64,000 nucleotides of DNA from Candidatus Foliamicus sp. (lineage in GTDB: Bacteria; Pseudomonadota; Gammaproteobacteria; Steroidobacterales; Foliamicaceae): the NCBI GenBank assembly GCA_965238055.1, contig OZ250178.1:2924791-2988790 (forward strand). Direction: 5' to 3'. The translations under genes were made by a program, and so were the position numbers. Positions 51,082-61,884 of this stretch are shown piece after piece (within the stretch, counting starts at the first letter, position 1; each line of letters opens with the position of its first letter). The notes under the pieces were generated by a model. That model worked only from the letters and a program-made list of their open reading frames with translations, was not told the DNA's origin and searched no databases.

Positions 51082-51600
51082 ACCGGGACAACCTCAACAT
51101 CATCCAGAGTAATGCCGGCCTCGTCGCCGACATGCGGAATATGATCGGACAAACTCGTAGTGGCGTCACGCGCGCGGTTAGTGCCGGCATGACGTTCCTT
51201 TACTGGCGGATCGGTAAACGTATCCAAATGGAAGTCCTTCAGTACGAACGCGCTGAATACGGAAGGGGAATTCTTGCCACACTGTCGCAAGAATTGAGCG
51301 CTGAATTCGGTCGTGGCTACAGCTATTCCGCTCTTACCCGGATGGTCAAGTTTGCCGAAGCGTTTCCCGATGAAGAGATTGTCGCTGCACTGCGGCGACA
51401 ATTAGGCTGGACCCACTTCAAGGCGTTGATTCCGATCCGGGATCCTTTGAGACGAGATTTCTACGCCGAGATGTGCCGTGTTGAACGGTGGAGTATCCGC
51501 ACACTCGCCAGCAAACTGGACTCCATGCTCCACGAGCGCACCGCGATATCGAAAAAGCCATCCTGCGGGAACTTGAGAACTTCCTCCTCGAACTCGGCAC
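51078..51600 (+). pseudogene. YhcG/DUF1016 gene with an intact N-domain and a deleted nuclease domain
   Basis: LYWRIG, RAEYG, LGWTHF, ERTAISKKP, then out-of-frame ILRELENFLLELG. Confidence 0.85.
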
Positions 51601-51779
51601 TCCTCAGCAGGGAGGGAAGAGCTTCGCCAACCGCTATATTTCCCGAGCTCAGGAGAACTAATCATCCGACAATCATCCGATTTCCTGGCTGGAATCGTCC
51701 GGCCAATCGGTGGAATGGTCAGAAGTTATCAGGTCTGGTCTCGTCAACCATCGGAAACGCTTCATCAGCGGAACGACAA

Positions 51780-52349
51780 TGACGGGACCGCGGATGTCCA
51801 ACCAACCCGAGGGTATCGCCCGCTATAAGAATCCAGAGCGGTCGAACGATTTGGCCTGCAATTGGTTGCATAACCGGAACACTTTGGAGGTTCTGGGTAT
51901 TTGGGAGAGCTCCGCAACCTCGGTTTTAATTCCGTCGAATTTGACGGAATTAAAACACAGGCCGGTCGGAAAAGTTTCACCCTCACTCCGAAGCAATGGA
52001 TCGAGAAAACGGGCACCATCCATACCCATCTCATCCCGACCGAGATTGCCGCGAAACAAGCCACCATCACCTATACCACAACGAAGCCGACGTGCTCAAT
52101 GTCGCCCTCTTCGGCCAGACCGCCCGTGAATGGCGCGATGCGAACCCGGATAAGGACGGCAACATGCGCGACCACGCCACCCTGGAGCAACTCCTCGTCC
52201 TCGCCAATCTGGAAAACATGAATGCCGAGTTCATCCACATGGAACTGACGCAGAGGGAACGCTTGAAGCGCCTCAACGCCATAGCCATCCGCCAGATGCA
52301 GACCCTCACCGCCCGCAGCCTGAAACAGCCAGAAGGAGGTGTGGAATGA
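51780..52349 (+). pseudogene. KilA-N-domain protein remnant (two frameshifts, internal deletion)
   Basis: IARYKN..NWL.NRNTLE.LGIWE / FNSVEFDGIK..FTLTPKQWIE / EADVLNVALFG.TAREWR in three frames. Confidence 0.75.
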
Positions 52350-52471
52350 ACTGGGGCGGAACAAAGGAGAACGCACTTTCCAGTCTGCTGCATGGCGAGT
52401 TGAGAATCCTCCCTGCGGCCAGGGAGATGGACGAGCCCTCGTGGGAGATTCTGGAGAAGATCGGGATATGA
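52346..52471 (+). pseudogene. 41-codon remnant ending in a diverged copy of the hsdM 3' end
   Basis: AREMDEPSWEILEKIGI* aligns without gaps to HsdM AREADKALRTILKQLES*. Confidence 0.5.
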
Positions 52472-53721
52472 ACGATTCCAATCTATTGATCAAACCATTG
52501 CCGCCTGGTTGGGAAAACTACCAATTTGGCGACGTGTGCAGGTGCGTAAAGGACTCCTACAAGCCAGTCGAAGGCGGCGCCACTCCTTATGTCGGCTTGG
52601 AGCATCTTGCGCAGGGGTTCCCCGCTTTCGTCGGTCGTGGAACGGAAAGCGACATCAAGTCCTCGAAAACCACTTTCAAAATAGGAGACGTTCTATTCGG
52701 CAAGCTCCGGCCATACTTGAGAAAAGGAGCCCAAGCGGATTTCGATGGAATCAGTTCAACCGACATCCTTGTCTTTCGTACTGATAACAGGTGCGAATCG
52801 GATTTTCTGAAGTTTCTTGTCCACAGCGATGAATTCATCAACCATGCAAAATCGACAACTTCCGGCGTTCAACACCCACGGACTTCGTGGCCGTCGCTTA
52901 GGGAGTTTCACCTGTCACTCCCCCCACTCCCCGAACAGAAGAAGATCGCTTACATCCTTTCGATGGTGCAGCGAGCGACCGAAGCGCAGGAGCGGATCAT
53001 TCAGACCACCACCGAGCTGAAAAAGGCCCTCATACACAAGCTCTTTACCGAAGGCCTCCGCAACGAACCCCAAAAACAAACCGAAATCGGCCCTGTGCCC
53101 GAAAGCTGGGAGATCGTGGAGATCGGCGAGCTTGGAAAATGCGTCACCGGTTCGACACCGAAAACGAAAGTAGCGGCATTCTACGATCCGCCCAGCGAAG
53201 ACTTTATTGCTCCCGCCGATCTCGGGGTGCGTCGCTACGTTTATGATTCGAAGAAGATGATCTCTCCAGAGGGAATTGAATCGATCAGGGCGATTCCAAA
53301 GAACGCTGTGATGTGCGTCTGTATCGGGTCAAGCATTGGTAAAGTTGGAATGACCTTCCGAAAAGTTTCCGCAACAAATCAGCAGATCAATTCCATTGTT
53401 TGCAAAGAGGGGCGGGATCCTGATTTTGTGTTCTACCTCCTGAGCTACTTCCGAGAATATTGGAAAGGCTTCGCGACTTTCGGGCCTGTTCCGATTCTGA
53501 GCAAAGGCCGCTTCTCGTCTATTCTCGTTCCACTACCAAAATCGATCGAGGACCAAAAGAACATAGCTAAGCCGCTGCTTGCTCTCGATGCCAAAATTGA
53601 AATCACCGAGAGGAAGGTCGCATCCCTCAAGAACCTCTTCCTCACCATCCTTCACGAACTAATGACCGCGAAGACTCGCGTTCACGAATTGGACCTAGTC
53701 GGAACACAATTTGCAACATGA
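52468..53721 (+). CDS. hsdS: Type I RM specificity subunit
   Basis: Two TRDs, LPPLPEQKKIA, TEIGPVPESW, LHELMT. Confidence 0.93.
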   Translation: MNDSNLLIKPLPPGWENYQFGDVCRCVKDSYKPVEGGATPYVGLEHLAQGFPAFVGRGTESDIKSSKTTFKIGDVLFGKLRPYLRKGAQADFDGISSTDILVFRTDNRCESDFLKFLVHSDEFINHAKSTTSGVQHPRTSWPSLREFHLSLPPLPEQKKIAYILSMVQRATEAQERIIQTTTELKKALIHKLFTEGLRNEPQKQTEIGPVPESWEIVEIGELGKCVTGSTPKTKVAAFYDPPSEDFIAPADLGVRRYVYDSKKMISPEGIESIRAIPKNAVMCVCIGSSIGKVGMTFRKVSATNQQINSIVCKEGRDPDFVFYLLSYFREYWKGFATFGPVPILSKGRFSSILVPLPKSIEDQKNIAKPLLALDAKIEITERKVASLKNLFLTILHELMTAKTRVHELDLVGTQFAT

Positions 53722-56700
53722 AAAAACTCACGATCGATCTCGAACATTGCTACGGCATTAAGAAACTCCAGACCGAGTTTAATTTTGAGTCGCATGGCGA
53801 CGTTTTTACTGTTTATGCGCCGAATGGCGTAATGAAGACATCTCTGGCAAATACCTTTCGAGATGTGAGTAACGGAGCCGCCTCGACGGATCGAATCTGG
53901 AAAATCAACAAAACGAAGCGAGTTATCCAGGATGAAAACGGTGATGAACTTGCACCGGAAAGTATCTTCGTCATTGAGCCCTACAATGAGGGCTATCGAT
54001 CAGATCGGATATCAACGCTTCTCGTCAATGAAGATCTGCGTAAACGCTACGAAGACATCCACAAAGAGATCGACGAGAAGGCGGAGGCTCTAACGGTCGA
54101 GTGGAAGAAACTAACAAAGCTAAAGAAGGGAATCCGGGAAGAATTCTCCAAGTCGATAACACATGACCCGAATGACTTTTATCGGGCTTTAGCGAGAGTC
54201 CGAGAAGAGGTTGAGAATGAGGAGGGAACGGCCCTTGGAAGCATTGTATACACCGACATTTTCAACGCAAAGGTTGAACCTGTCCTTAGTGATCCCAATT
54301 TCATCAGAAAAATCGAGGAATACATTCAGAAGTATGACGAATTGCTGAGTAACTCCACCTTCTTTAAGAAAGGGGTATTTACTCACAATAACGCTGCTGA
54401 AATTGCGAAAAACCTTAACACAAACGGATTCTTCAAAGCGGGACACTCTGTTTACCTCCGGATCAAAGGTGAAAAAATCGAGGTAACGTCTCTGAATGAG
54501 TTGGAGAAGGCGATTCAATCGGAGAAAGAGCTCATTCTCACCGATGAGTCACTAAGGTCCGCCTTCGAGGATATCGATAAGCAGCTTCAAAGAAATGTTG
54601 ATCTAAGGAAATTTAGGCTCTGCTTGGCGGAGAACCAAATTGTCCTTGTCGAGCTTGCTAATCCGGGGCGGCTCCGACAGAAACTGTGGGTTGAATACCT
54701 CATTCGCTCTAGGGCCGCCTATCAGGATCTCCTTTGCTCCTTCAATGAAGGAAAGGACAAGATTGCTGAGGTGGTAAGGGAAGCTAGGACGGAAAGGACA
54801 AAATGGGCAGAGGTGATCCGTATCTTCAACGAGCGCTTCTCTGTTCCATTTGTAGTGCGGATGGACAATCAGGAGGACGTGATTCTGAAGAGGGACGCTC
54901 CAAGCATATGCTTTGACTTTCTAGAAGACTCCGATGATCCTGGGTCAGCGACGGCCCCAATCGAAGAAGGAGATCTGATGAGAGTCTTGAGCAATGGAGA
55001 AAGCCGCGCACTCTACATGCTCAATATCATATTTGAAGTCGAAGCGCGTAAGACTGCTGGGCAAAACACTCTCTTTGTCATTGATGACATCGCTGACTCG
55101 TTCGATTACAAGAACAAATACGCGATAATCGAGTATCTGATGGAGGTAGGTTCGGAGGATGGATTTCAGCAGTTGATCCTAAGCCATAACTTCGACTTCT
55201 ACCGAACGGTCTCCAGCCGTCTCAATCTGAGGCGTCAGAACCGCATTCTTGCAAACAAAGAGAATAGCACCGTATTTCTCCAAGAAGAGATTTATCAAAG
55301 ATCAGCTCCCTTTGCCCACTGGCGCAAGAACCTTACCAAGAATCCGATGCTGATTGCGTCGATTCCCTTTCTCAGGAATTTAGCTGAATTCTCTGGAGAT
55401 GATGCTTCCTATGCCAAGCTAACATCTCTGCTACATATTAAGTCCGACACTTCGCAATTTTCAATTGCCAACCTTGAGACATTGATCAAGATCATTCTGC
55501 ATGACCAGACAGCATTAGTCCTTCCTCACCAAGAAATGCTGAGGTGGTCCCACTTTTTTGGACAGGTCGTTAAGGTGTATTTTGATGCCTCACGGAGGGC
55601 ATTGAGATGACGACGAGACGACGCCGGTTCACGGCGGAATTCAAGAAAAAGGTGGCGCTAGAGGCGCTGCGCGGAGATCGCACGATTCAGACGATAGGGG
55701 CCCGTCACGGGGTGCATCCGAACCAGGTGAGCACTTGGAAGCGGCAGGCCATGGACGGTCTGGGGGATGTGTTCGCGGGTCGGGGTTCGAACCGCGGCTC
55801 GGGTCACGAGAAGACCATCCGGGAGTTGCACGCGAAGATCGGCGAGTTGACGGTGGAGCGGGATTTTTTTCTACGCGGGTTGGCGCGTTGAGTCGTGGGG
55901 AGCGGATCGGGATGCTGGGACGCGGCGGCGAATTGAATTTGAAGCGCCAATGCGCGTTGCTGGGCGTCAGCCGCTCGTCGCGGTATTACAAGCCACTCGG
56001 GGAATCCGCGGAGAACGTGCGGCTGATGCGGCGCATCGACGAGGCGTATCTGAAGTATCCGTTCTACGGCAGTCGGCAAATGGCTCGCCATCTGGGGCGT
56101 CTGGGGCTGATGGCGGGCCGTCATCGGGTCCGGCGGCTGATGGGATTGATGGGGCTGGAGGCGATCTATCGCAAGCCGCGAACGAGTGCGGCGCATCCCG
56201 ATCACCGGGTGTATCCATACCTGCTGCGGGAGTTGACGATCGAGCGGCCGGACCAGGTTTGGTGCGCGGACATCACCTATGTTCCGGTATCTCAAGGATT
56301 TTTCTATTTGGTGGCGGTGATGGATTGGGTGAGCCGGTACGTGCTGGCCTGGCGGCTGTCGAACACATTGGACGGCGCCTTTTGCATCGCGGCGCTGGCG
56401 GCGGCGTTGCGCCTGGGGACGCCGGAGATCTTCAATACGGACCAGGGCGCGCAGTTCACCAGCGCGGCCTTCACCGAGCGGGTGCAAGCCGCGGGCGCTC
56501 GCTGTTCCATGGACGGACAGGGCCGGTTCCTGGACAACATCTTCATCGAACGGCTGTGGCGCTCGCTGAAATACGAAGCGGTGTACCTGCACGAGCTCGC
56601 GGACGGTTTCCAGGCCGAGCGCGTCATCTCGAACTGGGTTGGGTTTTACAACGACTCGCGTCCGCACTCGGCGCTGGACGGGCGCACACCCGGCGAAGTC

Positions 56701-57383
56701 TATCGTGGCATCGCGGTGGCGGCATGAGCGCATCGGCGGGATTCAACCCAGCGGACCCGCCGGGGACCGGCCGCCTTGGAGTCCACACGCCGCGTATTCC
56801 ACCGCCTCCCCACGGGCGCTTTATACGTGGGGAGACCGCGCCCGTGGCAAGCCGGTGGAATACGCTACAGGCCCCGCTTCAACGTCCGGGAGGGACCCGG
56901 CCAGCGGTATTGACACCGGCTCGGTTCGCGAGCACGATTTCGTTTGACGAGGGCACAATCAACCAATCGAAATACACCTTAATAAAGCCCTCGGACTGTC
57001 CAACAAACCAGGACCACCTCATGCTTGTGAAAGATTTGATTTATAAGGTTGCGACGGCGGTCGCCGCAGATCCTACTGAGACTGCCGTCCTTGAAGACAA
57101 GGTTGTGCTCTCAATTGCAATCCGACTAAAGGCTGAAGACTTCATGATTTCAAAGATCAATGATGAGCCTTTCTGGCATGGAATAACGAGCAATCAGACC
57201 ATTGCCTTAATCAAGCGATTCAAAGCGGACTTTCCGGCGGAGAAAGAGAGCATTCAGATTTTTGACCAAGTGAACTTGATGACGCCCGAGAATATTCACC
57301 TCAATTCTTTCATGTATGAGCCAATTCTCGATCTGTCTGTCCAGCATCTGAAGCGGCTGTTTACCAAGGTTGATGTACTTTGA
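53718..57383 (+). pseudogene. ABC/SMC-type ATPase (726 aa when restored) split by IS3
   Basis: YAPNGVMKTS (Walker A), LSNGE (signature), VIDDIADSFD (Walker B), LSHNFDF (H-loop); IS removal restores ...QEMLVKDLIYK... in frame. Confidence 0.85.
55540..57021 (+). mobile_element. IS3-family element, copy 2 (1482 bp)
   Basis: TG...CA ends; TGC TSD at 55537-55539 and 57022-57024; OrfA 55607-55891, OrfB ends 56727. Confidence 0.96.
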
Positions 57384-57769
57384 TCATACCCACTTCTTCC
57401 GAGCACAAGAACGTCCAGGCCCGGATTCTCGCCTACGCCGAGACCATCAGCTGGACGATTGTGTCTCGCGAAGAAGCCGAAGGTGCCTTGCTCGGCCAGT
57501 TTCGCCACCTCCACATCGACGTTAACAAATTTCCCGCGTGGGCGATTGAGCGCAAGAACGCCGCCAAAGACGAGGCGATTGCCCTCGGTGTAGGTGGCAA
57601 CCCAGTTCCGCGACAGGGTGTCGTAGATTTCGATGACGGCGTCGTCGACGAGAAATGGCGACAGGCTGTTGCCAAATTGGCTGGCACCTTTTTGGAACAG
57701 GATTTCCCAGAGAGTGTTTTGCAGGTTCCGAGGTATGTGTGGCAACCACACAATTTCATCACAGCTTGA
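57380..57769 (+). pseudogene. Mosaic remnant: collapsed hsdR 5' end fused to a YhcG-like middle segment
   Basis: Three blocks match the HsdR at 58945 (SEHK.VQARIL, GALLGQFRHLH, KNA.KDEAIALGV), followed by KWRQAVAKL...VLQVP. Confidence 0.75.
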
Positions 57770-57786
57770 ATTTCTGTGAAAGAACC

Positions 57787-58932
57787 ATGCCTGGCAAACT
57801 GATCCGATCTCCACACTACGCCGTCTGGTTAGGCGAAGTGAAATCGCGGATTCAATCGGCGCGGATATCGGCCGCGCGCTCGGTGAATCGCGAGCTGATC
57901 CTGCTCTACTGGGACATTGGGCAAGGGATCGTGGAAAAGCAGAAGGAACTGGGTTGGGGAAGGTCGGTGGTGGAGCAATTGTCGCTGGATTTGAGGGCAG
58001 AGTTTCCAGGGATGCGGGGGTTTTCCGCCAATAACATCTGGCTCATGCGGCAGTTTTACTCGGAATACAGTTCTCGGGTATTTCTTGAACAGTTTGTTCA
58101 AGAAATACCGTCGAAGCGATTGGGTTCCCCGAAGGCGACCGTTGGAGAATCGGCAATTCTTGAACAGCTTGTTCAAGAATTTCTATCGCCAGTGCCCTGG
58201 GGGCATCTTGTTGAGATCGTCAAGAAAGTGAAGGTGCCACGAGAACGGATTTACTACCTCCGGGCAACCGCCCAGTCTGGCTGGACGAGAGCCGTTCTGC
58301 TGAACCAGATCAAAGCTAATGCCTACGGGCGCAGCCTGTCCAAAGGAAAAGCGCACAATTTTCCTCTCGCCCTGCCGGAACATCTCGCCGAGCAGGCTGA
58401 GGAAGCGCTGAAGAGTTCCTACAACCTGGAATTTCTCGGCATCGGTCGGGAGATTAAGGAACGGGAGCTGGAGGGCAAGCTGATCGAGAAGCTGAAGGAA
58501 TTCATCCTGGAACTTGGCTACGGTTTCTGCTTCATCGCCAGGCAACATCGGGTTGTGGCCGGAACGAAAGAGTACTTCATCGATCTGCTCTTCTATCATC
58601 GTTTCCTCAAATGCCTCGTCGCCTTTGAACTGAAGATCGGCGAATTTCGGCCGGAGTTCGCCGGCAAGATGGATTTCTACCTGAATGTGCTGAATGAAAA
58701 GGAACAGGCGATCGATGACAACCCGTCCATTGGGATTATTCTCTGCGCGGAAAAGGATGATGTGGAAGTCGAATTCGCGCTGAAGTCGAAGACTAACCCG
58801 ATCGGCGTGGCGGAATATTACCTGGAGCCGAGCTTGCCGAAAGAACTAAGAGGCAAGCTCCCAACGGCGGAAGAACTTGGTGCGGCCATTGGATTGCCCA
58901 CGAAGCGTCCAGGGAGCGCTAAGAAAAGGTAG
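57787..58932 (+). CDS. YhcG/DUF1016 PD-(D/E)xK nuclease-domain protein
   Basis: LYWDIG, VPWGH, YNLEFL, IDLLFYHRFLKCLVAFELK, GKMDFY. Confidence 0.92.
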   Translation: MPGKLIRSPHYAVWLGEVKSRIQSARISAARSVNRELILLYWDIGQGIVEKQKELGWGRSVVEQLSLDLRAEFPGMRGFSANNIWLMRQFYSEYSSRVFLEQFVQEIPSKRLGSPKATVGESAILEQLVQEFLSPVPWGHLVEIVKKVKVPRERIYYLRATAQSGWTRAVLLNQIKANAYGRSLSKGKAHNFPLALPEHLAEQAEEALKSSYNLEFLGIGREIKERELEGKLIEKLKEFILELGYGFCFIARQHRVVAGTKEYFIDLLFYHRFLKCLVAFELKIGEFRPEFAGKMDFYLNVLNEKEQAIDDNPSIGIILCAEKDDVEVEFALKSKTNPIGVAEYYLEPSLPKELRGKLPTAEELGAAIGLPTKRPGSAKKR

Positions 58933-58944
58933 CATCAAGAAGAG

Positions 58945-61881
58945 ATGCCCACCCCATCCGAACACAAAACCGTCCAAGCCCGCATCCTCACATACGCCGA
59001 AGCCATCGGCTGGACGGTCGTGTCCCGAGAGGAAGCGGAGCAACGGCGCGGGTTTGATCCAGATACGCCACCCAAGGATCGCGCTAAGGGCCGCTCGCTT
59101 TTCTTCGACGACCTGCTGGACGCCAAGGTGCGGGAGTTCAATCCGCGCTACCACGAGGCCGAGGGCGCCCTACTTGGCCAATTCCGCCACCTCCACACCA
59201 ACATTCACGGCAACCGGGATTTCGTTGAGCATCTGCGCAACCGGGGCAAGTTCTTCGACCAGGAGGAGAACCGCGAGCGCGAACTGATCCTGATTGATTA
59301 CGAACGCCCGGAGCGCAATGTTTTCCAGGTCACCGAGGAGTGGGCGTTTCACAACGGCCACTACGGCACGCGGGAGGATGTGGTTTTCCTCATCAACGGC
59401 ATCCCGGTGCTGGTAATCGAGTGCAAGAACGCTACCAAGGACGAGGCGATAGCGCTCGGCGTGGATCAGATCCGCCGTTACCACCGCGAAACGCCCGAAC
59501 TGTTCGTGCCGGAGCAGATTTTCACGGCCACCGACGCCATCGGCTTTTCCTATGGCGTGACATGGAACACGGTGCGGCGGAATATTTTCAACTGGAAGGA
59601 TGCGGAGGTGGGCAAGCTGGAGGCCAAGGTGAAGAGCTTTTGCGCCATCCCGCAGGTGCTCGCCTTTCTGAAGGACTACATCATCTTCGCCGAGAAGGAC
59701 GAAGAGCTGAACAAGTACATCCTGCGCCAGCACCAGACGGGCGCAGTCGAGGCAACTGTTGAGCGCGCCCTTGCCACCGACCGCACTCGCGGCCTCATCT
59801 GGCACACCCAGGGTAGTGGCAAGACTTTCACCATGATCAAAGCGGCGGAGCGGTTGTTCCGCGCGCCGGCGGCTGACAAGCCGACCATCCTTCTGATGAT
59901 CGACCGCAACGAGTTGGAAGATCAGATGCTCAAGAACCTTGCCGCGCTCGGCCTGGGCACCCTGGAGCACGCGAGCAGTATCGCCCGGCTCAACCGGCTG
60001 CTGAAAGATGACTACCGGGGCATCGTCGTAACGATGATTCACAAGTTCCGCGACATGCCGGAGAATCTCAACACGCGCTCGAACATCTACGTCCTCATCG
60101 ACGAAGCACATCGCACCACTGGCGGCGACCTGGGCAACTTCCTCATGGCCGGCCTTCCCAACGCCACCTACGTCGGTTTCACCGGCACACCGGTGGACAA
60201 AACGGTCCATGGCAAGGGCACCTTCAAGACCTTCGGCTGCGAGGACGACCAGGGCTATCTGCACAAATATTCCATTGCCGACAGCATTGAGGACGGCACC
60301 ACCCTGCCCCTCTACTACCAGCTTGCCCCCAACGAAATGCTCGTGCCGCATGAGACCCTGGACGCGGAGTTTCTCGCCCTCGCCGAAGCTGAAGGCGTAG
60401 CCGACATTGAGGAACTGAACAAGATTCTTGAGCGGGCGGTGAACCTGAAGAACTTCCTTAAGAGCGAGGAGCGAATCAAGCAAGTGGCGAAGTTCGTCGC
60501 GAAGCATTACTGCGACAATGTCGAGCCGCTTGGTTACAAGGCTTTTCTCGTCGGCGTTGACCGAGAGGCGTGCGCTCACTACAAGAAGGCGCTGGATGTC
60601 GAATTTGGACAACTCGGCCTTCCGCCCGAGTACTCCGAAGTCGTTTACACGGGGAACAATAACGATTCCGTGCTACTGAAGGAATTCCATCTCGACCTGA
60701 AGCGGGAACGGCAGTTTCGCAAGAGCTTCGGCAAGCTTGACCAGCTCCCGAAGATACTCATCGTCACCGAGAAGCTGCTGACTGGCTTTGATGCGCCGCT
60801 TCTCTACGCTATGTATCTCGACAAGCCGATGCGCGACCACACTCTGCTTCAAGCCATCGCCCGGGTGAACCGCCCGTACGAGAACGAGGCGCAGGAGATG
60901 GTGAAGCCGCACGGGTTCGTCCTTGATTTCGTGGGCATCTTCGACAAGCTCGAGAAGGCCCTCGCCTTCGACAGCGACGAGATCAACGCCATTGTCAAAG
61001 ACCTCAAACTCCTGAAGGTGCTCTTCAAGCACAAGATGGAGCAGAAAGCGCCCGAATACCTGTCCCTCATCGGACCCCGATTCAACGACAAGGATGTTGA
61101 TACTCTCATAGAGCACTTCCGCGATCCTGAGCGGCGCAAGGAGTTCTTCAAGGAATACAAAGAGATCGAGATGCTCTACGAGATCATCTCGCCGGATGCC
61201 TTCCTGCGGCCGTTCATTGAGACCTATCAAACGCTCACCGCAATCTTCCAGGTTGTGCGTAAGGCGTACGCCAAATACGTTCCTGTTGACCGCGAGTTTC
61301 AAAGGAAAACGGAAAGGCTGGTTCGCGAGCATGTGGATTCGTATGTCGCGAAGCTGGAAGAAGAACTGGTTGAAATCAACGCGGAAACCATCGATCTGAT
61401 TAAGGAGTCAAACGCCGGCGACGCAACCAAGGTCATTAACCTGGTAAAGAGCATTGAGAAGTTGGCGAAGGAAGGCAGCGACGATCCGAACCTGATCGCG
61501 ATGGCGGATCGCGCCCGTGCCGTGCAGGAGAGTTTTGAAAGCCGCCAATCCAGCACTGCTCAAGCACTGGAAGATTTACTCAGTGAGGTGGGTAAGAACG
61601 AAGCGCGCAAGAAGGAGCAGGCAAAGAGGTCTTTTGATGGGCTGACGTATTTCGTCTATCGAAGTCTGCTGGATGCCGGGATTGATAAGGCCGAGGAGGT
61701 CAGTCGCAGTATTCGTCAAGCCTTCTCTGAGTTTCCTAACTGGAAGCAAAGCGAGAGTGAGCTTCGCGAGTTGCGCCAGAAAGTGACCTTTGCCATATAC
61801 GCCGAAACGGAGGACCTTGAGCAAGTGGCTTCTGTGGTCGATGAATTATTCACGTTGTTGGAGAAAGCGGACAGGATTTGA
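58945..61881 (+). CDS. hsdR: Type I RM restriction subunit
   Basis: INGIPVLVIECK, HTQGSGKT, IDEAHR, GFTGTP, LLTGFDAP, QAIARVNR. Confidence 0.96.
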   Translation: MPTPSEHKTVQARILTYAEAIGWTVVSREEAEQRRGFDPDTPPKDRAKGRSLFFDDLLDAKVREFNPRYHEAEGALLGQFRHLHTNIHGNRDFVEHLRNRGKFFDQEENRERELILIDYERPERNVFQVTEEWAFHNGHYGTREDVVFLINGIPVLVIECKNATKDEAIALGVDQIRRYHRETPELFVPEQIFTATDAIGFSYGVTWNTVRRNIFNWKDAEVGKLEAKVKSFCAIPQVLAFLKDYIIFAEKDEELNKYILRQHQTGAVEATVERALATDRTRGLIWHTQGSGKTFTMIKAAERLFRAPAADKPTILLMIDRNELEDQMLKNLAALGLGTLEHASSIARLNRLLKDDYRGIVVTMIHKFRDMPENLNTRSNIYVLIDEAHRTTGGDLGNFLMAGLPNATYVGFTGTPVDKTVHGKGTFKTFGCEDDQGYLHKYSIADSIEDGTTLPLYYQLAPNEMLVPHETLDAEFLALAEAEGVADIEELNKILERAVNLKNFLKSEERIKQVAKFVAKHYCDNVEPLGYKAFLVGVDREACAHYKKALDVEFGQLGLPPEYSEVVYTGNNNDSVLLKEFHLDLKRERQFRKSFGKLDQLPKILIVTEKLLTGFDAPLLYAMYLDKPMRDHTLLQAIARVNRPYENEAQEMVKPHGFVLDFVGIFDKLEKALAFDSDEINAIVKDLKLLKVLFKHKMEQKAPEYLSLIGPRFNDKDVDTLIEHFRDPERRKEFFKEYKEIEMLYEIISPDAFLRPFIETYQTLTAIFQVVRKAYAKYVPVDREFQRKTERLVREHVDSYVAKLEEELVEINAETIDLIKESNAGDATKVINLVKSIEKLAKEGSDDPNLIAMADRARAVQESFESRQSSTAQALEDLLSEVGKNEARKKEQAKRSFDGLTYFVYRSLLDAGIDKAEEVSRSIRQAFSEFPNWKQSESELRELRQKVTFAIYAETEDLEQVASVVDELFTLLEKADRI

Positions 61882-61884
61882 TCT

